This document shows, one piece after another, positions 30,743-41,089 of a stretch of 57,233 bases of DNA. Origin of the DNA: an uncultured Rhodobiaceae bacterium (GTDB lineage Bacteria; Pseudomonadota; Alphaproteobacteria; RS24); the NCBI GenBank assembly GCA_913051715.1, contig CAJXCG010000001.1:1-57233 (forward strand), in the 5' to 3' direction. The position numbers were made by a program, and so were the translations under genes. Each line of letters starts with the position of its first letter. The stretch's first letter is position 1. The notes under the pieces were generated by a model. It saw nothing but the letters and a program-made list of their open reading frames with translations, did not search any database and was not told the origin of the DNA.

Positions 30743-31603
30743 TTACACGCGCGTCTTGAGGCTTGTCATGACATAGTAGCGGGTGACCTGCCAGCTAAAG
30801 GGTACCGCTAAGGCCGGAACGCAGACAAGATAGACCAGAAAGGCTGCGCTGCGGGCATCGGGCACGAGCGAGCCGAGGGCATAAAAAAACGCCAGCGCCG
30901 CCAAAAACCCCAGCGCCGAGGCAATCGCCGTAAGCTTGACAAAGTGTTTTTCAAAGCGCCGCGAGATAAAACTGTCCTGCGCGCCGATTTGGTGCAGCAC
31001 ATCGAGAATGTCTTCATTGGTTTTCAGCCCGGCGCGGGTGGCAAATAAAATCACCGTGCCCGTCGCCAAGGTCACCATAACAAGCACGAGCCCGGCAAAA
31101 AACCGCAACGCCCGCGCCATGCGTTCGAGCATCTCGCGCCAACGCCCATGCGTATCAAGCCGCGCACCGGGCGCGACGGCGGTGAGGCGCGCGCGTAAAG
31201 CTTCTTCGGCAAATTTTGCCGTGGGATCGGGTGACACTTCGATCAAAAGCGGCAACGGCAAATCGGTCGAGATATTGCCGGTGCCCAGCCACGGTTCCAG
31301 CAAGCGGATAAGCTCGTCCTTGTCGAGAACGTGGAAATTGCCGACGCCGGGTGTGGCGGCCAATTCGCGCAGGACCGCAGGTAATTGTTCATCCGCCGTC
31401 TGGCTGCGCGTTTCGACAATCTGAATACTCACGGCGCTGGTGGCGCGCGTCAGCCACCGTTCGGCGGCGCGATCAACCAGCACCGTGCTGCCCAGCGCCA
31501 GACATGCGAGCAAGGTCATCACCACGGTCACGGCCAGCAGCGCCGGGCCCGCCATATTGCGCGGCGGCAAAAGGGGTGTCGCGGCGGCGCTTTTTTCAAA
31601 CAT
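30743..31603 (-). CDS. ftsX: cell division permease-like protein FtsX
   Basis: Four-TM ORF directly downstream of ftsE, overlapping it by 8 nt. The periplasmic loop and C-terminal 3-TM bundle are consistent with FtsX. The ATG at 31603 was chosen over the longer track ORF. Confidence 0.75.
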   Translation of the reverse strand: MFEKSAAATPLLPPRNMAGPALLAVTVVMTLLACLALGSTVLVDRAAERWLTRATSAVSIQIVETRSQTADEQLPAVLRELAATPGVGNFHVLDKDELIRLLEPWLGTGNISTDLPLPLLIEVSPDPTAKFAEEALRARLTAVAPGARLDTHGRWREMLERMARALRFFAGLVLVMVTLATGTVILFATRAGLKTNEDILDVLHQIGAQDSFISRRFEKHFVKLTAIASALGFLAALAFFYALGSLVPDARSAAFLVYLVCVPALAVPFSWQVTRYYVMTSLKTRV

Positions 31604-32282
31604 AGGGCGCTGCCTCCGGGGCCAAACGCTGAATATGCTGATTTTCCAGATGCAGCCGCGGATGGTTAAAACTCGACCAAATGTAATTATCGTGCGTGGC
31701 AATCAAAATGGTCGTGCCCATTTTGTTCAACTCGTCCAGCAGACGCAGCAAGCGAATACCCATTTCGGGGTCAACATTGCCTGTTGGTTCGTCGGCCACG
31801 ATGAGGCGCGGGCGCGCGATCACGGCACGCGCGATGGCGGCGCGCTGTTTTTCGCCTCCCGACAATGTCTCGGGCTTGCTGTCCATCTGGTGCCCAAGGC
31901 CGACCCAGCGCAGCAATTCGGTTACATTGTCGCGGTAATCAGCCTCGCGTTTGCCGGCAATACGCAAGGGCAGGGTGACGTTCTGATAGACGCTGAGGTG
32001 GTCAATGAGCCGGAAATCCTGAAACACCACGCCGATTTGCCGCCGCATCATTGCCAGTTGTGCGCGCGTCAGGGTTTTCACATTTTGTCCAAAAAGATCA
32101 AGCTGACCAGCGCTTGGACGGTGCGCCAGAAAAATCAGCTTGAGCAAAGATGTCTTGCCTGCGCCGGACGGGCCGGTCAAAAAATGAAACGAGCCTTCAT
32201 CCAGCGCCAAATCTATATTGTCCAGAATGTTCGGCCCACCATCATAATTCAGGCAGACATTTTGCAACCGGATCATCGCCAC
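31596..32282 (-). CDS. ftsE: cell division ATP-binding protein FtsE
   Basis: 228-aa ABC ATPase with Walker [10 protein letters not shown], signature LSGGEKQR and Walker [10 protein letters not shown]. Confidence 0.9.
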   Translation of the reverse strand: MAMIRLQNVCLNYDGGPNILDNIDLALDEGSFHFLTGPSGAGKTSLLKLIFLAHRPSAGQLDLFGQNVKTLTRAQLAMMRRQIGVVFQDFRLIDHLSVYQNVTLPLRIAGKREADYRDNVTELLRWVGLGHQMDSKPETLSGGEKQRAAIARAVIARPRLIVADEPTGNVDPEMGIRLLRLLDELNKMGTTILIATHDNYIWSSFNHPRLHLENQHIQRLAPEAAPYV

Positions 32283-32349
32283 ACCTTCATCTCACGCGCT
32301 CAGTCTGGCAGAAAAATCCGCCCCATGCACCTTGCTTTCTTTTGCTTTT

Positions 32350-33633
32350 TTAGCCCGCGCCCGTGTCGAGCCAGTCGGGAAGCTTTTCGCCCGCCAGCAT
32401 GTCCGCATAGCTGGGACGATTACGCACCACGTCGTGGCGCGCGCCGTCGACCAAAACCTCCGGCGCGGCAGGGCGCGTGTTATAGCTTGAGCCGAGCACC
32501 GCGCCATAAGCCCCGGCCGAAAACACAGCCAGCAACCCGCCCGGCTCCAATTCGGGCAGGTCGCGTGCCAGGCCCAGAAAATCGCCGCTTTCGCACACCG
32601 GCCCGACAACATCCCAGGCCAACATGTCGCCGTCGCGCTGTTGCACAAGGCCAATATCGTGATGCGCGCCATATAGGGTCGGGCGCACAAGTTCAGTCAT
32701 GGCGGCATCGACAATCATAAAATTTTTCGCCTGACCTTGCTTGGTGCGGATCACGCGCGTGACCAAAATGCCGGCATTCGCGGCAATCAGCCGGCCCGGT
32801 TCCAATATGATCTGGCAACCGCTATCGGCAAAATTTTCAGCGATCAAGCGCGCATAGGCCAGCGGGTCGGGCGGGGTTTCATTATTGCGCTGATACGGCA
32901 CACCCAGCCCACCGCCCAGATCAAGCTGGGTGATGGTCTGCCCCTTAGCGCGCAGGCGCGCCAGCAAATCTGCGGTTTTTTCAAAAGCGGTTTTGAACGG
33001 CGCCAGATCGGTGATTTGACTGCCGATATGAATGTCGATCGCGCATGGTTCAAGACCGGCCAGCCCGGCCGCATGGGCGTAAGCCGCTTCGGCGTCTTCC
33101 CACGCAATACCGAACTTGTTTTCGGCCTTACCGGTTGAGATTTTCTCATGCGTGCCCGCGTCGACATCCGGATTAACGCGCAACGCGACGCGCGCTGTTT
33201 TGCCCAGCCGTCCTGCGACCTCGCCAAGCTGGTCAAGCTCGGCAAGGCTTTCGACATTAAATTGCCGGATGCCCGCTTCCAGCCCCGCCGCCATTTCATC
33301 ATCGGTTTTGCCGACCCCCGAAAATACGATTTTTTCCGGCGCGACGCCTGCCGCCCTTGCCCGGTGCAATTCGCCCAGCGAGACGATATCCGCGCCCGCG
33401 CCAAGGCGCGCCAGCGTGGCAATAACACCAATATTTGAATTGGCCTTGACCGAATAACAGATCAGCGTGTCGTTCAGCCCGGCTTGCGCGCACGCATCGT
33501 GCAACACACTGTAATGATGGCGCAGCGTCGCCGTGCTGTAACAATAAAATGGTGTGCCGACCGTGTCAGCCAAATCGACAAGGTTTACGTCTTCGGCATG
33601 CAAAACGCCGTCGCGGTACTCAAAATGATCCAT
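32350..33633 (-). CDS. lysA: diaminopimelate decarboxylase
   Basis: MDHFEYRDGVLHAEDV... The PLP Lys is in YSVKAN, and DLGGGLG, EPGR and CESGD motifs are present. The ATG at 33633 lies inside the longer track ORF. Confidence 0.9.
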   Translation of the reverse strand: MDHFEYRDGVLHAEDVNLVDLADTVGTPFYCYSTATLRHHYSVLHDACAQAGLNDTLICYSVKANSNIGVIATLARLGAGADIVSLGELHRARAAGVAPEKIVFSGVGKTDDEMAAGLEAGIRQFNVESLAELDQLGEVAGRLGKTARVALRVNPDVDAGTHEKISTGKAENKFGIAWEDAEAAYAHAAGLAGLEPCAIDIHIGSQITDLAPFKTAFEKTADLLARLRAKGQTITQLDLGGGLGVPYQRNNETPPDPLAYARLIAENFADSGCQIILEPGRLIAANAGILVTRVIRTKQGQAKNFMIVDAAMTELVRPTLYGAHHDIGLVQQRDGDMLAWDVVGPVCESGDFLGLARDLPELEPGGLLAVFSAGAYGAVLGSSYNTRPAAPEVLVDGARHDVVRNRPSYADMLAGEKLPDWLDTGAG

Positions 33634-33656
33634 GCGCCTATCCTTATCGGTCCGGC

Positions 33657-33764
33657 CTAATCGGTCTGGGCGGGCGGCAAAACAAGTGCGCCGCGTTTGC
33701 CACAGGCCGACAAAGGTGCTGCCAGTAAGAGCGCTGCCAGCAGCAGCATATTTATCGTTCTCAT
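33657..33764 (-). CDS. lptM: small lipoprotein, LptM/YifL-like (35 aa); absent from the supplied ORF track
   Basis: Manual translation of the minus strand gives MRTINMLLLAALLLAAPLSACGKRGALVLPPAQTD. It has a signal peptide with lipobox LSAC, then CGKRGAL-x-LPP, resembling the CGxKGPLxLP core of YifL/LptM. It fills the argH-lysA gap, 18 nt after the argH stop and 23 nt before the lysA ATG. Confidence 0.6.
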   Translation of the reverse strand: MRTINMLLLAALLLAAPLSACGKRGALVLPPAQTD

Positions 33765-33782
33765 CACGCGTCCCCGCTTGCG

Positions 33783-35174
33783 TTAAGATTTGTCGTCGGC
33801 CAGCGCGGCGCACCAGCTTTGCGCCGCTGCGCGCACATTATCCGGTGCCGTGCCGCCAAAGCTGGTACGGCTGGCGACCGAGTTTTCTACACTTAGCACG
33901 GAATAAACATCATCGGTAATCCGCGCATCGACATTCTGCATGGTGTCGAGGTCGAGATCGGCCAGATCGCAAGCTTGTTGCTCGGCCAGTGCCACCAGTG
34001 CGCCGGTAATGTGATGGGCATCGCGAAACGGCACATCGGCCTTACGCACCAGCCAGTCGGCCAAATCAGTTGCGGTGGAAAACCCTTTGCCCGCGGCGGC
34101 GCGCATGCGCTCGGGCACAGGTGTCAGTTTTTCCATCATGCCGGTCATTGCCGCCAGACATAAAGACACGCTGTCGAGGGCGTTGAACACGCCTTCCTTG
34201 TCTTCCTGCATGTCTTTGGAATATGCCAGCGGCAGCCCTTTCATCACCACGAATAGGCCGGTCAGCGCACCGATAATGCGCCCGCTTTTGGCACGCACCA
34301 GTTCGGCAGCGTCGGGATTGCGCTTTTGCGGCATGATGGACGAGCCGGTCGAAAACGCATCGGGTAGCTCCAGAAAGCCAAAATCGGGTGAGGCGAAAAT
34401 CACAATCTCTTCGGCCAGCCGCGACAAATGCGTGGCGCAAATCGCCATGGCGGAAAGCGCTTCAAGCGCAAAATCGCGTGCCGAAACACTGTCGATGGAG
34501 TTTGCCGTGGGCGCGTCAAACCCTAATGCGTCGGCTGTGGCGTGACGGTCAATCGGAAATGGTGTGCCGGCCAAAGCTGCCGCGCCGAGCGGGCACTGGT
34601 TCAGCCGCGCGCGCGCATCGGCAAACCGGCTGCGGTCGCGCGACAGCATTTCGACATAGGCCAGCAAATGATGGCCATACGTAACCGGCTGGGCCGGCTG
34701 CAAATGCGTGAAGCCGGGCATAATCAGGGCCGCATGGGTTTCAGCGTGTTCGGCTAATACGCGCATCAGCGCCGTTGTCTGGGCGCCAAGATGCTCGAGG
34801 CTGTCGCGCAGAAATAGCCGAAAATCAGTGGCGACCTGATCATTGCGCGAACGCGCCGTGTGCAATCGTCCGGCTGCCGGGCCAATAATATCGGTGAGCC
34901 GCGCTTCGATATTCAGGTGAATATCCTCCAGCGCCCGCGAAAAAGAAAACGCGCCGGCCTCGATCTCGGCCTCGATCTGCGCCAAGCCCGCATCAATGGA
35001 CGCCGCATCTTCTCCAGAAATAATGCCTTGGGCGGCCAGCATATCGCAATGCGCGCGCGAGCCGCGAATGTCCTGGGCAAACAGCCTCTGGTCAAATCCG
35101 ATGGATGCGTTTATTTCTTCCATTATGTCGTCGGGGCTGGCGCCAAATCTGCCGCCCCACATGCGATTGCTCAT
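33783..35174 (-). CDS. argH: argininosuccinate lyase
   Basis: 463-aa ORF starting MWGGRF, with [13 protein letters not shown] (fumarate-lyase signature). Confidence 0.95.
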   Translation of the reverse strand: MSNRMWGGRFGASPDDIMEEINASIGFDQRLFAQDIRGSRAHCDMLAAQGIISGEDAASIDAGLAQIEAEIEAGAFSFSRALEDIHLNIEARLTDIIGPAAGRLHTARSRNDQVATDFRLFLRDSLEHLGAQTTALMRVLAEHAETHAALIMPGFTHLQPAQPVTYGHHLLAYVEMLSRDRSRFADARARLNQCPLGAAALAGTPFPIDRHATADALGFDAPTANSIDSVSARDFALEALSAMAICATHLSRLAEEIVIFASPDFGFLELPDAFSTGSSIMPQKRNPDAAELVRAKSGRIIGALTGLFVVMKGLPLAYSKDMQEDKEGVFNALDSVSLCLAAMTGMMEKLTPVPERMRAAAGKGFSTATDLADWLVRKADVPFRDAHHITGALVALAEQQACDLADLDLDTMQNVDARITDDVYSVLSVENSVASRTSFGGTAPDNVRAAAQSWCAALADDKS

Positions 35175-35199
35175 TTAATTCTCCAAAGCAGGAAGTCCG

Positions 35200-35823
35200 A
35201 TGCAGTTCTCTATTCGCCACGCCGCCCGCATTGCCAGTGTTTTGCTCGGCGTCATTGCCGCCGTGTCCTTGACCCTATACCTGAACGGGGGTGGCAAAGG
35301 CAAGCCGTCCGGTGCGGATCAAAACCAAGCCCAAGAAACCGAGCTGGAAAATTTCGTAGCTTTTTCTCCGCCGCGCGCCGTGCCCGAAATATCTTTTGAT
35401 TTGTTGTTGGCCTCGGGTGAGGTGGAAAAATCCGATCTGTCGCGGTTTCGCGGCGAGGTTGTGGTGGTTAATTTCTGGGCGACATGGTGCGCGCCGTGCC
35501 GCCGCGAAATGCCACTATTCGATGCGCTGCAAGCGCGCTATGCGGATGCGCCATTGCGCGTTTTGGCGCTGGCGCTTGACCGGGGTTCAGCCGACAAGCC
35601 GAAAAAATTCCTCGCCGAGTTGGGCGTGCAACATCTGACGCAAGCCCATGATCCCAGCTATGCGTCGGCGCGCGCCGTCGGGCTTATCGGTCTGCCGACG
35701 ACATTTGTGCTCGATGCAACGGGCCGCGAAATCGGCAGATTGGCGGGTGAAGCCGACTGGAACAGCCCGGCCGTGCATGCGATTTTGGATGCAGAACTGG
35801 AAAAAATTGCGGTCGCGGATTAG
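35200..35823 (+). CDS. tlpA: TlpA-family periplasmic thiol:disulfide oxidoreductase
   Basis: 207-aa ORF with an N-terminal membrane anchor and the thioredoxin motif NFWATWCAPCRREMP. Confidence 0.8.
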   Translation: MQFSIRHAARIASVLLGVIAAVSLTLYLNGGGKGKPSGADQNQAQETELENFVAFSPPRAVPEISFDLLLASGEVEKSDLSRFRGEVVVVNFWATWCAPCRREMPLFDALQARYADAPLRVLALALDRGSADKPKKFLAELGVQHLTQAHDPSYASARAVGLIGLPTTFVLDATGREIGRLAGEADWNSPAVHAILDAELEKIAVAD

Positions 35824-35833
35824 CGCAACTGCC

Positions 35834-36709
35834 CTAACGCGTTGGTACCGGCGCATCACTGGAATAGTCGTAAAAGCCGCGCCCGGCTTTGCGCCCCAGC
35901 CATCCGGCCTCGACATATTTGACCAAGAGCGGGCACGGGCGGTATTTGGTGTCGCCCAAACCATCATACAAAACCTGCATAATCGACAGACATGTATCCA
36001 GACCAATGAAATCGGCCAGCTCGAACGGGCCCATGCGGTGATTGGCACCCAAACGCATGGCCTTGTCGATGCTCTCGACATTGCCGACACCCTCATAAAG
36101 CGCATACACGGCTTCGTTAATCATGGGCAGCAAAATGCGGTTGACGATAAAGGCGGGAAAATCTTCGGCCGCACAAGAGGTTTTGCCAAGCGATGCAACA
36201 ATGTCGACCGCTTTGCCATAGGTCTCGTCATCGGTCGCGATGCCGCGAATGATTTCGACGAGTTCCATCACCGGCACCGGATTCATGAAATGCATGCCGA
36301 TAAATTTTTCCGGTCGGCTGGTTGCCGCCGCGAGCCGCGTTATGGAGATTGAAGATGTGTTTGAGGCGATCAGGGCGTCGGGCGATAAAACCGCGCAGAC
36401 TTCTTTCAAAATCCCCGTTTTGATCTCTTCATTTTCGCTTGCCGCCTCGATAACAAGCGCGGTGTCGGCCATGGTGTTGAGGCTGGCGGCAGGGACAATG
36501 CGCGCGAGCGCGGCATCCCGAACGCTTTCGTCAATACGCCCGGACGCAAGCTGGCGGTTCAAATTGCCCGAGATTGTGGCAATACCGGCCTCGATGCGGT
36601 CTTGGGCGATATCGTTCAGCAGCACGCGATATCCCGACAGCGCAAAAACATGGGCAATGCCACTGCCCATCTGACCGGCGCCGATAATACCAACGGTGGT
36701 GTCCGCCAT
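35834..36709 (-). CDS. 3-hydroxybutyryl-CoA / 3-hydroxyacyl-CoA dehydrogenase
   Basis: 291-aa ORF with VGIIGAGQMGSGIA, NTSS, HFMNPVP and C-terminal GRKAGRGFYDY motifs. Confidence 0.85.
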   Translation of the reverse strand: MADTTVGIIGAGQMGSGIAHVFALSGYRVLLNDIAQDRIEAGIATISGNLNRQLASGRIDESVRDAALARIVPAASLNTMADTALVIEAASENEEIKTGILKEVCAVLSPDALIASNTSSISITRLAAATSRPEKFIGMHFMNPVPVMELVEIIRGIATDDETYGKAVDIVASLGKTSCAAEDFPAFIVNRILLPMINEAVYALYEGVGNVESIDKAMRLGANHRMGPFELADFIGLDTCLSIMQVLYDGLGDTKYRPCPLLVKYVEAGWLGRKAGRGFYDYSSDAPVPTR

Positions 36710-36754
36710 AATTCTTATTCTCCTTGGCGGGCCGCGCCCCTTTTCGAGACTTGT

Positions 36755-37696
36755 CTAAAGACCCGCTTTTTCCAATTCGCCTTCGAGTTCGGGAACAGCC
36801 GTAAACAAGTCGGCAACCAGACCGTAATCCGCGACCTGGAAAATCGGTGCTTCTTCATCCTTATTGATGGCAACAATGACTTTGGAGTCCTTCATGCCCG
36901 CCAGATGTTGAATGGCACCGGAAATGCCGACAGCGATGTAAAGCTCGGGCGCAACAACCTTGCCCGTTTGCCCAACCTGATAATCATTGGGCACAAAGCC
37001 CGCATCCACCGCCGCGCGCGATGCGCCCACGGCTGCGCCCAGCTTGTCGGCGATTTTTTCAAGCAGCGGGAAATTGTCGCCCGACTGCATGCCGCGACCA
37101 CCGGACACAACGATTTTTGCCGATGTCAGTTCCGGGCGGTCGGATTTGGTCAGTTCTTCGCCGATAAATTCCGAAATGCCCGGATTGTCGCCCGCACCGA
37201 CAGCCTCGACAGCGGCGCTGCCGCCATCGCCTGCAGCGGCAAACGCCGTCGAGCGGATGGTAATGGCTTTGCACGGCTCGCTTGTCCGCACGGTCTGAAT
37301 GGCATTGCCCGCATAAATCGGGCGCTCGAATGTCTGCCCGTCAACAACCGCCGTGATGTCGGAAATTTGTGAGCAGTCAAGAAGCGCGGCAATACGCGGC
37401 ATGAAGTTTTTGCCATTGGTCGAGGCCGGCGAGGCAATCGTGGCATAGCCATCGGCCATGCTCGTTACCAGTGCAGCCATGGGCTCGGCCAACTGCTTTT
37501 CATACATGCCATCATCGGCGACCAGCACTTTGGCGACGCCGTCCAGCTTGGCGGCGGCTTCGCCGACGGCGGCACAATTTGCCCCGGCAACCAGCACGTG
37601 CAGTTCCCCGCCCATTTGCGCGGCGGCTGTTACGGATTTGACGGTGGCGTCGGCCAGCGTCTCATTATTGTGTTCTGCGATCAAAAGCGTGTTCAT
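36755..37696 (-). CDS. etfA: electron transfer flavoprotein alpha subunit
   Basis: 313-aa ORF with the C-terminal FAD-binding motif [28 protein letters not shown]. Confidence 0.9.
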   Translation of the reverse strand: MNTLLIAEHNNETLADATVKSVTAAAQMGGELHVLVAGANCAAVGEAAAKLDGVAKVLVADDGMYEKQLAEPMAALVTSMADGYATIASPASTNGKNFMPRIAALLDCSQISDITAVVDGQTFERPIYAGNAIQTVRTSEPCKAITIRSTAFAAAGDGGSAAVEAVGAGDNPGISEFIGEELTKSDRPELTSAKIVVSGGRGMQSGDNFPLLEKIADKLGAAVGASRAAVDAGFVPNDYQVGQTGKVVAPELYIAVGISGAIQHLAGMKDSKVIVAINKDEEAPIFQVADYGLVADLFTAVPELEGELEKAGL

Positions 37697-38445
37697 TACA
37701 GCACCCCTGCTTCGTTTTTGAGTTTTTCAACCAATTCGCCCACGGTTTCTACCTTAACCCCGGCTTCGCGCTCGGGTGGCTCCGCGACATTTACAATCTC
37801 GAGCCGTGGCGCAACATCAACGCCATAATCGGCGATGGTTTTTTCGTCGATCGGCTTCTTTTTCGCTTTCATAATATTGGGCAGCGAGGCATAGCGCGGC
37901 TCGTTCAACCGCAGATCGGTTGTGATCACGGCGGGCGTGGTCAGCTTGACCGTCTGCAAGCCGCCATCGATCTCGCGTGTGACTTGCAATTTGTCATCGG
38001 CAAAATCAAGCGCCGAAGCAAAAGTGCCTTGCGGCCAGCCCAGCAGGGCGGCGAGCATTTGTCCGGTTTGATTATTGTCACCATCAATCGCCTGTTTGCC
38101 CAGAATAACCAGATCCGGATTTTCCTCGGCAATCACCGCCTTGAGCAGCTTGGCAATGCCCAACGGCTCCATGTCTTCGTCCGTCTGCACCAAAATACCG
38201 CGATCGGCACCCATGGCGAGGCCGGTTCGGATGGTTTCTTGCGCCTGGCTGGGGCCGACGGAAACGACGATAATTTCGCTTGCCTTGCCGGCTTCTTGCA
38301 GGCGCACGGCCTCTTCCACGGCGATTTCACAAAACGGGTTCATCGACATTTTGACATTAGCGAGGTCAACCCCCGACCCGTCCGGTTTAACGCGGATTTT
38401 CACGTTGTAATCGACCACCCGTTTGACCGGGACCAGAATTTTCAT
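37696..38445 (-). CDS. etfB: electron transfer flavoprotein beta subunit
   Basis: [19 protein letters not shown]... is a canonical EtfB start. The stop overlaps the etfA start by 1 nt. Confidence 0.9.
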   Translation of the reverse strand: MKILVPVKRVVDYNVKIRVKPDGSGVDLANVKMSMNPFCEIAVEEAVRLQEAGKASEIIVVSVGPSQAQETIRTGLAMGADRGILVQTDEDMEPLGIAKLLKAVIAEENPDLVILGKQAIDGDNNQTGQMLAALLGWPQGTFASALDFADDKLQVTREIDGGLQTVKLTTPAVITTDLRLNEPRYASLPNIMKAKKKPIDEKTIADYGVDVAPRLEIVNVAEPPEREAGVKVETVGELVEKLKNEAGVL

Positions 38446-38565
38446 GTGCGTTCTCCATAATTGGGCGCGTGTCGGCACGCCTTGCCGCATAATTAGAGAA
38501 TTGGCCCTGATAAGTCAATTCGCGCAAAGCTTCGCACCTGCGTCAAAATGCGCGAAATTTCTTGC

Positions 38566-39135
38566 TTATCGGTTCAAGCCCGGCTGCCAGAGGATGTCCG
38601 ATTTACCATTATTGTTCGCCACCCTTGCCGCAACAAACAACAAATCCGAGGCGCGATTTAAAAATTGTCGCGCCGCCTGTGATATATCCCCATCGCCTTC
38701 GGCAATGGCGGCGCATAATTCGCGCTCGGCGCGCCGCGTAATGGTACGGGCAAGATGCAGATAGCCGGCTGTATGTGTGCCGCCGGGCAAAATAAAGCTT
38801 TCCAGCGCGTCAAGCTCGCCATTGAGGCTGTCAATTTCTGTTTCCAGCCGCGCAACTTGCGCGTCGGTGATACGCAACGCGCCTTCCATATTCGGATCCG
38901 GTGTTGCCAGATCTGCGCCCAGATCGAAATAATCATTTTGCAGACGCAAAATCACCGCAGACAGTTCGGATGTTTCCTCAAGGGCGGTGCGCGCAAGACC
39001 CAGCGCGGCATTGGCCTCGTCGATTGTGCCATAGCACGCGACCCGCAAATCATGCTTGGCGCGGCGTGTGCCGTCGGCAAGGCCGGTGGTGCCGTCATCG
39101 CCTGTTCGCGTGTAGATTTTTGTCAGTTTGACCAT
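38566..39135 (-). CDS. ATP:cob(I)alamin adenosyltransferase, PduO type
   Basis: MVKLTKIYTRTGDDGTTGL... plus the FILPGG motif. The ATG at 39135 lies inside the longer track ORF. Confidence 0.85.
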   Translation of the reverse strand: MVKLTKIYTRTGDDGTTGLADGTRRAKHDLRVACYGTIDEANAALGLARTALEETSELSAVILRLQNDYFDLGADLATPDPNMEGALRITDAQVARLETEIDSLNGELDALESFILPGGTHTAGYLHLARTITRRAERELCAAIAEGDGDISQAARQFLNRASDLLFVAARVANNNGKSDILWQPGLNR

Positions 39136-39163
39136 GTCGGATGTTCCGATATTCGCGCCAAAT

Positions 39164-39352
39164 CTATCCCCCTGAGAGGTAAAATCCCAGCATAACCAGC
39201 ACCACGGTCGCAAATTGCAGCCCGACGCGCCAGCGCATCAGCTTTTGCGAGGTGCTGGCGCTGCCGCTACGCAGCATATTCAACAGGCCGGCGAGCAACA
39301 CAGCCGTCACAGCCGCCAGCCCCAGAGGGATCATATAATTGACCAAAGCCAT
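39164..39352 (-). CDS. twin-transmembrane-helix small protein (HIG1-domain family)
   Basis: 62-aa ORF with two TM helices joined by a basic loop containing QKLMRWRVGLQ, as in Hig1/Rcf1-type proteins. Confidence 0.65.
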   Translation of the reverse strand: MALVNYMIPLGLAAVTAVLLAGLLNMLRSGSASTSQKLMRWRVGLQFATVVLVMLGFYLSGG

Positions 39353-39388
39353 GATTTTTCCTGTTTCAGTTAACGGTGCTTCTTAGTG

Positions 39389-41035
39389 TTATTTAGTCGC
39401 CACAATGCGTCGGGCAATAATATCGGCCTGAATTTCTGCCGCCCCTTCGAAAATATTCAGAATACGCGCATCGCATAACACGCGGCTGATCGGGTATTCC
39501 AGCGCAAAGCCGTTGCCACCGTGGATTTGCAAGCCATTATCAGCCGCCGCCCATGCCACGCGCGCTGCCAGTAATTTTGCCATGCCCGCTTCCACATCGC
39601 AGCGCGCGTCCATTTCTTTGCGCCGCGCCGCAAAATAGGTCAGTTGACGTGCGGCCAGAATTTCTGCCGCCATCATCACGATTTTGCCGCTAATGCGCTC
39701 AAAGCTGAAAATTGCCTTGCCAAATTGCTGGCGATCCAGCGCATATTTGAAAGCCAGATCGAGCGCGCTTTGCGCCACGCCCACGGCGCGCGCGGCGGTT
39801 TGAATGCGCGCGCTTTCAAAAGTTTGCATAAGCTGTTTGAAACCTGCGCCCGGCTGCCCACCCAAAAGCGCATCGTCGTCGACATGAAAATCGTCAAAGC
39901 CCAGATCATATTCCTTCATGCCGCGATAGCCTAAAACGCTGATTTCGCCGCCGCTTAGCCCGTCCACGGGAAAGTCGTCGTCATCCGTGCCGCGTGGCTT
40001 TTCTGCCAAAAACATGGAAAGCCCGGCATGGCCTTTAATGTCGGCTTCGCTGCGTACCAGCAAGGTCATGAGATCGGCGCGCGCGGCATGGGTGATCCAT
40101 GTTTTGGCGCCGAAAACGCGATAGCCGTCATCGGTCTTTTTGGCGCGTGTTGTCAGGCTTGCCAGGTCTGAACCCGTATTGGGCTCGGTAAACACCGCTG
40201 TGGGCAAAATTTGGCCGCTGGCGATGGAAGGCAGATATTTTTCCTTTTGCGCTTGCGTGCCGTTTTGCATGATCAGTTCGGCGGCGATATCCGTGCGCGT
40301 GCCCAATGAGCCGACGCCAATATAGCCGCGCGATAATTCTTCCGAGACAACGCACATGGCCTGCTTGCCCATGCCCAACCCGCCAAAACTTTCCGGAATG
40401 GTCAGGCCGAACACGCCCAGACCGGCCATTTCGTCAATCAGTTCAAGCGGGATCAGCGCATCGTCCAAATGCCAGCCATGCGCGTGCGGCATAACCTTGT
40501 CTTCGGCAAACCGGCGAAACTGGTCGCGGATCATCAAATGCGTCTCATCGAGGCCGGAATCGGCTTCGGGGGTAACAAGTTGCGCCAGTAATTCAGCGGC
40601 TTCCCCGCGCCGAGCCGATGTGTTGCCGTGCGCGCGGAAATACGCAATGTCGGCACTTTCAAATCCCGGCAAGGGGTCGGTTAGCCCCATATCGGTCGGG
40701 CGCACAATTTCGCCCTGGCTCATCGGCAGACCACCGGCCAGCTGGTTCAGATATTCGCCATAGACAATATGTACCAGATGATATTCAAGCGCCCCCAAAC
40801 GGCTTTGGGCCGCCAAATCGGCGCAATAATCGGCCAGTTGTGTCAGCACGGCCACATAAGTTGCCGCCCATGCACGTCCATGGCGGGCGAACTGGCTTTC
40901 GACCAAATGCTCGGGCAAAGGGCTTTCCAGGCCGCTTTGACACGCTTCCAGCGCCTTGGCGACCGCACGGGTTCTGTCTACAAGCGCCTGAATATCGGGC
41001 GTTTCATCGGCAGACATGTCTAGGGCAACACTCAT
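39389..41035 (-). CDS. acyl-CoA dehydrogenase family protein (long form with N-terminal extension)
   Basis: About 548 aa. The C-terminal ~380 aa show ACAD middle and C-terminal domain patterns (TEPNTGSDL, KTWITHA, GGNGF..., IFEGAAEIQ). The ATG at 41035 was chosen. The track start at 41059 is TTG. Confidence 0.8.
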   Translation of the reverse strand: MSVALDMSADETPDIQALVDRTRAVAKALEACQSGLESPLPEHLVESQFARHGRAWAATYVAVLTQLADYCADLAAQSRLGALEYHLVHIVYGEYLNQLAGGLPMSQGEIVRPTDMGLTDPLPGFESADIAYFRAHGNTSARRGEAAELLAQLVTPEADSGLDETHLMIRDQFRRFAEDKVMPHAHGWHLDDALIPLELIDEMAGLGVFGLTIPESFGGLGMGKQAMCVVSEELSRGYIGVGSLGTRTDIAAELIMQNGTQAQKEKYLPSIASGQILPTAVFTEPNTGSDLASLTTRAKKTDDGYRVFGAKTWITHAARADLMTLLVRSEADIKGHAGLSMFLAEKPRGTDDDDFPVDGLSGGEISVLGYRGMKEYDLGFDDFHVDDDALLGGQPGAGFKQLMQTFESARIQTAARAVGVAQSALDLAFKYALDRQQFGKAIFSFERISGKIVMMAAEILAARQLTYFAARRKEMDARCDVEAGMAKLLAARVAWAAADNGLQIHGGNGFALEYPISRVLCDARILNIFEGAAEIQADIIARRIVATK

Positions 41036-41089
41036 GGCGCCAGCATACAGGACGCGCAAATGTTGGCAAGCGCCTGCAAGCTGCGCGCG

